57,480 bases of DNA from Candidatus Effluviviaceae Genus V sp. (GTDB lineage Bacteria; Joyebacterota; Joyebacteria; Joyebacterales; Joyebacteraceae). Below, piece by piece: positions 18,974 through 28,200 of the stretch. Location: NCBI GenBank assembly GCA_014728125.1, contig WJMD01000135.1, positions 1-57,480 of the forward strand. The letters are read 5' to 3'. Under the pieces are notes generated by a model. That model was given only the letters and a program-made list of their open reading frames with translations, was not told the DNA's origin and made no database searches. Both the position numbers and the translations under genes were made by a program. The first letter of the stretch is position 1. Each line of letters opens with the position of its first letter.

Positions 18974-20572
18974 TTACTTCTCCGACTCGTCTTCCTCGTC
19001 TCCGGCCTCGTCGTCTTCACCGGCCTCGTCGTCCTCGTCACCGGTCTCATCCTCGTCGTCACCGGAGTCGGTTCCGTCGCCGGGCTTCTCGTCGTCCTCC
19101 GGGGCCGCTTCGTCCTCGGCCGCGGTCGGCTCGTCCTCCAGGGTCTCGTCGGAGGTCTCCGGCTCCTCACCCGCGTCCTCGTCCTTCTCGGGCCGGTCGA
19201 CCGGTTCCTCCTCGTCGTACTCTTCTTCTTCAGGCTCGACGGCTACGCCGAAGATGTCCTCCTCGCCGATCTCGTCCTGAGCCTCCTGCTCGTCCATCTC
19301 ATCGAGGAGCCTCTGCTTCTCCTCCTCGAGCACCTCGAGCACGGCGGCCACGGCGATCGAGATCTTCTCGGCCGTCTTGCGACCGATCCCGGGCACCTTC
19401 TCGAGCTCCTCGCTCGAGAGTCCCTCGAGGTCCTGCACGGTCCTGTAGCCGGCGGCCATGAGCTCCGTCGCCAGCTTCTCTCCGACGCCGGGCAGCTCAC
19501 CGACCTCGACGCGCTGGGAGAGGTCGATCTCGAGAAGCCTCGTGTGCTCCGTCTCACCGACGATGTCGATCTTCCATCCGGAGAGCTTCGCCGCGAGCCT
19601 TGCGTTCTGTCCGCCCTTCCCGATGGCCAGGGAGAGCTGATCATCGGGAACAACGACACGGACACTCCGTTCGCTCTCGTCGACGATGGCCCGCGACACC
19701 TTCGCGGGGTTGAGGGCCCGGCTCACGAGCACCGACGGGTCCGAGCTCCATGCTACGATGTCGATCTTCTCGCCGGAGAGCTCACGGACGATCGTCTGGA
19801 TACGCGACCCCTTCACTCCGACGCACGCGCCGACCGGGTCGACCCGCTCGTCGTGAGAGGCCACGGCGACCTTCGAGCGCCCCCCGGCCTCCCTCGCGAT
19901 CGCCATGATCTCGACGACCGAGTCGTAGATCTCCGGGACCTCCATCCGGAACAGCTTCTTGAGGAAGTTCGGATGGGTCCGCGACAGGATGATCTGTGGT
20001 CCCTTCGTGGTCTTCTCAACTGACAGCAGGTACGCGCGGATGCGGTCGCCCTGCCGGTACCGTTCGCGCCTGATCTGCTCTCTCGTGGGCAGCAGCGCCT
20101 CGGTCCTGCCGAGGTTGACGACGATCCCCGCGCGCTCGATCTGCTGCACGTCGCCGGTCACGATGTCGCCTATCCTGTCCTGGAACTCCTCGTAGATCTG
20201 CTCGCGCTCCGCCTCGCGCACCCTCTGCACGACGATCTGCTTCGCCGCCTGGATGGCGTTCCTGCCGAACTCATCGAGCGAGATCTCGGTCCGGATGACA
20301 TCGCCGATCTGGGCCGCGGGGTCGATCTCCTGCGCCTCCTCGATGTCTATCTCCGCTGTGAAGTCGTCGGGCATATCAACGACTTTTCGGTTGAGGTAGA
20401 CGGCCAGCGTGTCGCTCTCACCGTCGACGACGACCTCGATGTCGGCCTCGGCACCGAACTTCTTGCGCGCGGCAGAAAGGAGCCCCGCCTCGAGCGCCTC
20501 GATGAGAAGCTCGTTGTCGAGCTGTTTCTCGCGTGCGATCCGTCTCAGTGCTTCGAGCACGCCGGTGTTCAT
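18974..20572 (-). CDS. nusA: Transcription termination/antitermination factor NusA with long acidic tail
   Basis: S1 (GDIVTGDVQQIERAGIVVNLG), KH1/KH2 (GACVGVKGSRIQTIVRELSGEKIDIV; AIGKGGQNARLAAKLSGWKIDI), one HhH region, then a D/E-rich tail of about 117 aa. Confidence 0.95.
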   Translation of the reverse strand: MNTGVLEALRRIAREKQLDNELLIEALEAGLLSAARKKFGAEADIEVVVDGESDTLAVYLNRKVVDMPDDFTAEIDIEEAQEIDPAAQIGDVIRTEISLDEFGRNAIQAAKQIVVQRVREAEREQIYEEFQDRIGDIVTGDVQQIERAGIVVNLGRTEALLPTREQIRRERYRQGDRIRAYLLSVEKTTKGPQIILSRTHPNFLKKLFRMEVPEIYDSVVEIMAIAREAGGRSKVAVASHDERVDPVGACVGVKGSRIQTIVRELSGEKIDIVAWSSDPSVLVSRALNPAKVSRAIVDESERSVRVVVPDDQLSLAIGKGGQNARLAAKLSGWKIDIVGETEHTRLLEIDLSQRVEVGELPGVGEKLATELMAAGYRTVQDLEGLSSEELEKVPGIGRKTAEKISIAVAAVLEVLEEEKQRLLDEMDEQEAQDEIGEEDIFGVAVEPEEEEYDEEEPVDRPEKDEDAGEEPETSDETLEDEPTAAEDEAAPEDDEKPGDGTDSGDDEDETGDEDDEAGEDDEAGDEEDESEK

Positions 20573-20612
20573 TGTCTTTCTCTCCCGTACTGCCCTGGTT
20601 CGAGCCGGGGTG

Positions 20613-21086
20613 TCAGAGCCCCTCGATCACGAGCCGTGCCCGCGCAATGTCGTCGATCGCCAGCGAGAGACGCTCTCCATCCTCCGCATCGATCAGGACG
20701 GTTCCCTCGTCGGCAGCGGCGATCGTACCGACGATCGCTCGGCCCTTGAGCTTCCCGCCCTTCATCACGAGACGGGCCTTCCGTCCGGTGAAGTAGCGGT
20801 ACTCCCGTTCCCGCCGGAGGTCGTGGTCGAGGCCGGGCGAGCTGACCTCGAGCACGTAGCCGTCATCGAACTCGGGCTCGGCATCCAGGACGTATCCCAG
20901 TTCCCGGCTGACGTCCGCGCAGTCCTCGACGGAGACGCCCCTCGGCTCGTCGATGAAGAACTGCACCAGCCGTCGACCGTCCCTTCGGGCCTCGCGCACG
21001 TCGACGAGGCGGTAGCCCATCCCTTCGATGAGCGCGTGCGTTCTCTCGTAGATCCGTTCGCTGCGATCCCGCATCGCCGGGCTCAC
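20613..21086 (-). CDS. rimP: Ribosome maturation factor RimP
   Basis: Position upstream of nusA, size, and pattern GY.LVDV......GR.L..FID...GV..EDC..VSR.L. Start is GTG 21086 or ATG 21074. Confidence 0.8.
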   Translation of the reverse strand: MSPAMRDRSERIYERTHALIEGMGYRLVDVREARRDGRRLVQFFIDEPRGVSVEDCADVSRELGYVLDAEPEFDDGYVLEVSSPGLDHDLRREREYRYFTGRKARLVMKGGKLKGRAIVGTIAAADEGTVLIDAEDGERLSLAIDDIARARLVIEGL

Positions 21087-21097
21087 CCCCAGACACC

Positions 21098-21123
21098 GAA
21101 AAAGTGGGCCGCCCAGCCCACTT
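21098..21123 (-). terminator. Terminator-like hairpin + T-tract in the rimP-nusA-infB leader
   Basis: Minus strand reads AAGTGGGC-TGGGCG-GCCCACTT then TTTCGG. It ends only 12-24 nt before the rimP start codons. Confidence 0.5.
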
Positions 21124-21310
21124 CCCCGGACACAGTAACACGGTCACCCCCGTCGCGCAAGCGGAAAACGACGGCTGCCGGGGGTGTCCTTGAGGGAGCG
21201 GATGGCCCTGGAGGGACGGGACTGCGGGACGCCTGACGGGGGACCGGCCGGCCGGGACGAAGCGGGCACAAACGGAGCGACCGGTCGGACGCGGCGGTGT
21301 GAGCGACTGC

Positions 21311-22210
21311 TCAGCGGTCGGCGGCCCCGTAGACCAGCTCGACGAGCACCGAGCCGACCTCGGCCAGGCTCGCCGGGCTGCACTTGTCCGGCGTGTCCTC
21401 GAGCGTGTGCCAGTGCTCGTAGTCGAAGTCGATAACGAGCGCCGTCGGTATGCCGGCGCGAATGAGGGGAATGTGGTCGTCGAAGACGAACGGGCCGCTC
21501 TCGTCGAGAAAGCTGTCGGCTCCGACCCCGGCCGCGGCGTCCCATACGCGCCGCACGACCTGCGGTGCTGCAGCCCTCGAGTTCGACTCGATCGGGATGG
21601 CCAGATCGGCATCGCCGACCATGTCGACGACGACGGCGTATCGGGGACAGTAGCCGCCGAGGTGCCGGGCGTAATGGGTCGAGCCGACGCACCACGCGTC
21701 CAAGCCTCCGCCGTCTCCCCCGTCCTCGGCGTCGAAGAAGACCATGTCGACGCCGATGTCCGGCGGCGTCTCTGAGAGGAGACGCGCCAGCTCGACGAGC
21801 ACGGCCACACCTGAACCGCCGTCGTTCGCTCCGGGTATCGGGGTCAGCCTGGCCTCCGGGTCAGGGTCCCGGTCTGCGACGGCCCTCGTGTCGTAGTGGG
21901 CGCCGAGGAGCACCCTCTCCCGCTCCGTCGGTCTGAAGGAGGCGATGACGTTGACAAGCTCGGTCTCCTCGCCGAAGAACGGGGCCGAGAAGCGCTGCAC
22001 CGCGACCTCGTCGGCCAGCGGACGGAGCCTCCCCGTCAACCAGTCGATCATCGCCGCGTGCCCCTCACTCCCGGGGTATCTTGGACCGAGAGCGCACTGC
22101 TCAGCGATGAGCTCGTGTGCGGCTTCGCCGTCGAACGACGGACGCTCCCCGCATCCTCCAAGCAGTATCGCGGTGACCAGAAGCGGCGCGACCGCTCTCG
22201 TGAGACGCAT
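21311..22210 (-). CDS. M28-family metallopeptidase / glutaminyl-cyclase-like lipoprotein
   Basis: Lipobox LLGGC. Motifs GAHYDTR, GANDGGSGVAVLVELARLL, VFFDAEDGG, VDMVGD, FDDHIPLIRAGIPTALVID..YEHWHTLEDT. The ATG shares one nt with the sprA stop (TGATG). Confidence 0.75.
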   Translation of the reverse strand: MRLTRAVAPLLVTAILLGGCGERPSFDGEAAHELIAEQCALGPRYPGSEGHAAMIDWLTGRLRPLADEVAVQRFSAPFFGEETELVNVIASFRPTERERVLLGAHYDTRAVADRDPDPEARLTPIPGANDGGSGVAVLVELARLLSETPPDIGVDMVFFDAEDGGDGGGLDAWCVGSTHYARHLGGYCPRYAVVVDMVGDADLAIPIESNSRAAAPQVVRRVWDAAAGVGADSFLDESGPFVFDDHIPLIRAGIPTALVIDFDYEHWHTLEDTPDKCSPASLAEVGSVLVELVYGAADR

Positions 22211-25200
22211 CAGAACTTGAACTCCGCCGTCAGGTGGACGCCGATCGTCCGGCGCGTCTGGTCGCGCTTCTCGTCGCGGTTCTGTGCGAAGCTGACCTGC
22301 AGGCCTCCCGAGACGCTGCGGGAGAAGCTGTAGGTCGCATCACCCGTGATCGAGAAGTCGCTCGTGTCGGCCGTCGGGTCGACCTGGTCGAGCGACGCCT
22401 CGTCCGAGGCCGTCTTCGTGAGCTTCGAGCCCGTCCGGAGGGTCAGCGAGCAGTCGAGATTGCTCTGGAAGCGGAGCTTCTGGCCGAAGAACGGGAGCTT
22501 GAGCCCCTGGGGTGCCGAGAAGCGGTAGTTGAGCGTCAGGCTCGTCGAACCGCTGATCTCCCGCGTGACGGAGCCTGTCCCGGAGAGGCTGTAGTTCGTC
22601 GAGCGTCTCCGGTCCCAGGTGAAGCTCCCGGAGAGTCCGTTCTGGAACGTCATGTCGACTGAGATGATCGGGTTCAGGACGAGCGCGTTGCCTTCGGTCG
22701 AGGGCTCGCCCACCGGGCCCGAGTAGTTCCTCTTGTACTCCACGCCGCTTCGCGCCCGGGCGGACTTGAAGATCGATTTGAGCGGGCCGACCTTCTCGAA
22801 CCCCGACCACGACAGCGAGCCCTTCGTGGACTCCGTCATCGACTCGGTCTGCGTGAACAGGTCCACGGTGTCCGAGACCGTGTTCTTGTACCACCGCCCG
22901 TCGACCGTCCTCCGGTAGCTTCCCTTGATGCGGACGTCCCTTGTCAGCTTGATCCCGGAGTCGAGGGTGAGCGTCGTCTCCTCGGTGCGGTCGTCGGCCC
23001 CTTCGCCCTTGGCGAGGCCCAGGCGGTAGTCCCATCCCGGCATGTCGGCGCTCCGGATGCCGTCGAACCTCGAACTCCACCGCATGGAGTAGCGGGCGTC
23101 GATCGCGTCCATGTTCCTGAAGACGTAGAGTACCGGCGAGACGAGGTCACCGATGCTCGCTCCGCCCTCGTCCTCATCGCCGTCCCCGTCGTCCTCGCCC
23201 TCCTGCTCGTCGTTGTCCTCTTCGCCGCGCCGCGGCCGACGCGGCCTGCTCCTGCCCGAACTGCCCGAACCGCCGAAGAGGCGCTTGAGGTCCAGGCTCG
23301 TCCGGATCTCCTGGCTCGTCGTGCCGCGGATGTCGCGGGCGTCCGGCGGATCGTTGGCTCCACGCGCCTCGGGCCCGTGATTGTCCGTGAAGCTCGACGA
23401 GAAGCTGTACTCCGGCGAGAACCAGCTTCCGAAGCGCGGGCTGAACGAGAGGCTGTTGTTGTACTGGCGCTGCGTCTCGACGCCGATGTTGATCCCGCTC
23501 ACGGGCCTGTTCTCCTGCGCCAGGTCACGTTTGACCGTGACGCCGTGCGACGTCCGCAGGTTCTCGAGGAACTGGAAGTCGATGTTCCCGCTGGCGTCGA
23601 GCTTCTTGTCGTAGTTGTCGGTCCGTTTGCTCTGAACGCCTTCCACGTCTACGTCGTACGCGAGGGTATGGATGAGATGCGTCGACGCCGTGAAACGAAC
23701 CGAGCTCGGCTTGAGGAAGAGCTCGGTGTCGCGGAAGAGCCGGATGCCGGTCCGCTCCGGCGAGTAGCGGTACGAGGCGCGGGCGCGCAGCGTCGTCGAC
23801 GTGTCGTTCCTCGTCGGCGACGTCCGCACGTGGTCGGCGGCCGACGCGGAGAGCGAGAGGCCGTCCAGAAGCAGGTGCGTCCAGAACCCGGGAGACTGCC
23901 GACGTCTCGAGAGCGATGCCGAGATGCTCCGGTCCTTGACGATGGTCCGTTCATCGTTGCTCTGCTCCTCGGAGAGCACGACGTCCGAACCCGTTGAGAA
24001 GCGCGGCTCGGTGACCTGTCGCTTCCACTGGATGTTGACGGGCAGCGAGACTCCGAGCCCGGTGACGAACCGGTCGGCGTTGACCGTGCTCGTCATGTTG
24101 TACGACAGGTTGTCCTGGCCGCTGCCGCGCTCCTGTTTGAGAGAGTGGAAGTTGCCGTCCACGTGCCTGAGGTCGAAGTTGAACGTCGCGAGATCGGCGA
24201 ACCGCGCGTCTATGGTCGCCCTCTCAGCCCAGCCGATCTCCTTCCAGACCTCCCCGAGCTGGATGTCGTCCAGCCAGATCTCCCCCGAGATCTCATCGGC
24301 GAGCGGTCCCTCATTCGCGTTCCGGAGACCGATGGTCAGCTGGCTGACGCGGGACAGCGAGGGCGCGCCGACACGTGTGAAGCGCTCGCGCTGAATCCTC
24401 GAGGTGTCTCCCCAGGCCCACGCAGTGTCCTGCTCGGCGTACGCGTCCAGCTTGAGGTTCGTGAAGCTGGTGAAGGGGATCGACAGCTTCGTCGCGGTGC
24501 TCCCGGAGTCCTGATACCACCCCGGCCGGAGCTCGAGGCTGTACTCGTAGTAGTTGAGCGAGTCGGCGCCTATCCGCAGGAAGAACTCGGTTCCGTCGTC
24601 GACGTCCTCCTCTCCGCCCTCGGTCACGCTCTCACCGTGCACGTAGAACTCGAGCGACTGGTAGCCGGTGTAGTTCTCCTCGCTGAAGAAGTTCTGTGTC
24701 GCGGACGCCGTGTGGCCGCCCTCGATGTCGCTGTAGAGAAGGACCAGCGACCCCTCGCGCTTGGGGAGGTTGGTCTCCTCGTCGACGCCCGGGTCGAACG
24801 GCGGCACGTAGTCGAGGTCCTCCTTGGTGTTCTTGGAGGTGATGCGGAAGGCCATGTCGCCGAGCTCGGCCTCGGGCACGATCTCGCCGTCCTCGTCCCG
24901 GATCGGCCCCGCCAACCAGTTGTTCCCGACGATGTCGACGCCTCCGAGCATGATCGGCTCGCCGCCGACCGGCAGGTTCTCGAACCAGATACGCGCCGAC
25001 TTGATGACAGTCCAGTCGTTCATGCCGTTCACCGACAACGCGTCCTCCAGCGGGATCCGGTAGAGCCGCCAGTTCGTCCGTTTGTCGGCGGGTACGGGCG
25101 CCACGCTGTTGTCCTGAACAAGGTAGGTCGACGTATCGGACAGATCGACAGTCAGCTGCCAGTACTTGTTGTCGGTGTCCAGGTAGAAGTTGCCGTTCAG

Positions 25201-28200
25201 GTCCTCCGTGTCGAGCCGCTCGTTTCCCTCGGACCCGTTGATCCGGGAGTAGTCATCGGAGCCGTACTCGAAGTCGTAGTCGTCGTAGCCGTCGTCCGCA
25301 TCTCCCGGAGACCAGTCCTCGTCGTCCCCGAAGACCGTGTCGAGACCGGTGTCCTCGTCGGCGTCGAACCCGTTGCGATCGACGTCCTCCGTGTCGAGTT
25401 CGCCGTTCGGCTCCTCGAAGAGGGGATAGTAGTCCTCGTTCAGCGTTCCCAGATCGACGTGGATGAGACCCTGACGCGAGCCGTTGTCGTTGACCCACAC
25501 CTCGATGAACTCCGACTCGGAGTAGTCGTCGCCGGTCTTCGAGAGCAGACGCATCAGACCGGCCCACGACCCGAGCCCGGACGATTCGTGATCGATCTCG
25601 AGGACGGTCCTGATGTCGTTCGCTTCCTCGTCGGGAAGATCCGGGAAGAGGTCGCCCTCACGGACCTTTCTGTCGGGGTTGTACCAGTCGATCGACATGC
25701 GGTCGACGGCCAGGACGTCTCCGGTCGCCGGTAGGCTCGAGGGCGTCCAGGTCTTCCTCGAGACGCCGAGCATGTAGATGTCCTCGGTTCCCTCCATGTC
25801 GTCGATCGACACGAAGCCCTTCGTGTTCGGATTGGGAAGGCAGACCGCCGCCTCTGCGGCGATCTTGAGGTGCGACTCCGCGTCCGTGTCGACGAACGGC
25901 ACCATGTCGGCGAGCGTCGTCATGATCCTCGGCTGGAACTGGGCGTTGACATTGACGTCGCCGACGACCGTCCTGGACGGTTCCTCCCCCAGACGGGGGC
26001 GGTCCTCGGGCGTCCCCTTGCTCTGGTACATCCAGGTGGACCCCAGGACGACGTTCTCACTCCAGTTGTAGACGCCGCGCGTTCCCAGGAGGGTGCTCTC
26101 CCCCGTCAGGCCGAACGGCTTGTAGTCGTACTCGACCGTCACGCGCGCGTCGGGCTCCTTGGCCTCGTCCGAGAGGAGGGTCAGCTGCCCTGCCGGGTAG
26201 TAGATCGTGTAGTCGACGCCCGACGTCAGTCGCACGCCGTTCAGACGCACGACCTCGCTGTTCTCGATGATGTTGATGTTGCCCAGGTAGAAGGTCGTTC
26301 GCGGACGATTGTAGCCGACCTCGATGAAGTAGATGTCGTCGCCGGCGTCGAAGTTCTCCTCCGAATAGACGAGACAGTTCTTCTCCTCGAGCTCGTCGGC
26401 GGTGTAGATGTCGTCGGGCTCACCCTCCGGATAGTAGAAGCCGGTCGTGTCGAACTCGGGACAGAACGGCGTGAAGTGCGGAAAGATGAGATAGCCCTTC
26501 TCGAAGTCGATCCACTCGAGGTCGACGATACCGTCGGGGTCGCCGACGCCGCCGACCCCGGCCGTGTCGAGGCCGAGGATCTCGATGTACGGCGTCCCGT
26601 CCTGTGTGTCGAGGATCTCACCGGAGGGCGTCCGCTTGCGGATCGTCAGTTCGAAGCCCTCCTCGGGGATATCCTCGGCGCCGAGGTCGTAGACGTTCTT
26701 GAGCTCGTGAAGGCGAATCGGTTCCCACTCGGTTCCGGTGACGCGTTCGTCGCTCCGGATCATCTTGAGACGAAGCGAGTCGCCGTCGCTGCCGCCCACG
26801 GCGACGCCGCCGTTGAGTCGGTAGCTGACCGCCAACACGCGGCCCGTCTGGAGCGAGCGCTCGAACTCGATGATGCCGCTCTGGTAGTCGACCAGGTAGT
26901 CCTCGAGCTCGATGAGCTCGTCGAACATCCCCCGCTGGCGCGGGCCGTCCGGCGGCGATGCCGGTGTGGTGGGGTCCTCTAGATAGGCGACGCCGGGCTC
27001 GGCGCCCGTCTCGATGTCGTTGGCACCGTTCCGGTCGTCGACGTAGACGCTGATCTCCTCGAGGTAGACGTTCGAGTACTTCAGGGCCTCTTCATCGACG
27101 GCGAAGAAGCTGTCGGACATGTACCGTATGTCGTCGATGACGAGCGAATCGGACTCCGAGGTGCCGGTGAAGCTCGCGCCCGACGACTCGCCCTCCTCCT
27201 TACTGGCGATCGCGATCAGATCGAACTTGCCCATCTTCGCGGTCATCTTCGCGCCGAAGAGACCCTCGTGCCGCCCGCTGTAGCTGACGAACTCCGTTCC
27301 GGGGATCGACAGATTGACCTCGCCGAGCTCGATCTTCTGGATGATCTCGTCCTCGTCGCCGTCGTAGTGGACGCGGATCTGGTTGGTCTTGCCGGTCCCG
27401 AAAGCGTCGCCGCCGCTCCTGTGGTCGACGTAGACATGGATCTTCCGCCCGATCGTGCCCTCGAGGTTGACCGTCAGCTGCTGTTCCATGTCGAGCTGCG
27501 GGAACCGCGACGGTCTGCCGGACTCCTGCTCGAGTGCCTCGACGACGTAGCTCGTCTGCCCGCCGAACGTGATGCGCTCGCTGCCGCGGACCTTCAGGTT
27601 GGCGCCGGGTCCGATCGCCCGCACGAAAGGACCTGGAAGCGGCATGGGGATGTCGATGTCGAGAAGGCCTCCGGGGGCGTCTGTCTGGGCTCTCTGAAGC
27701 CCTGTCAGGACCGTGTTCCGCCAGGTTCTCCGGACGGCCATGTCGCCGGCGAGCTTCTGGAACTCGTCGCGCGGCGCGGCGTACATCACGTAGCCGGGGA
27801 ACCCGGAGGGCTTGAGCTCCAGAACGGTGTACGACAGGTCGCGCTTGAGGAGGACGCGACGGTCGACGGGGGCCGACGACGGAAGGGCATCCGGGAACGA
27901 CACCCTACGGGGTCTCAGCCCCACGCCGGTGCCGGTCCGCGACAGGTCCCAGGGCCTGAGGAACTCAGCGGGGCGTTCGAGGAGGCGCCCGACTCCCAGT
28001 TCGTAGGAGGGCCGCTCGACGGGCGGGCGCGCCGTGTCCGGGGCCGCGGCGGCCGTGCTGTCGGCCGCCTGAGCCCCCGGGAGCTGCTCCCGAGCAAGCG
28101 TGTCGGCCGGCGCGACGCCGGGCGCCGAGTCCTGAGGGGCGGATTCCAGAGACTGCTCCGCTCCAGACCGGTCGAGGGAGATGGACGCCGAGCTGTCCGT

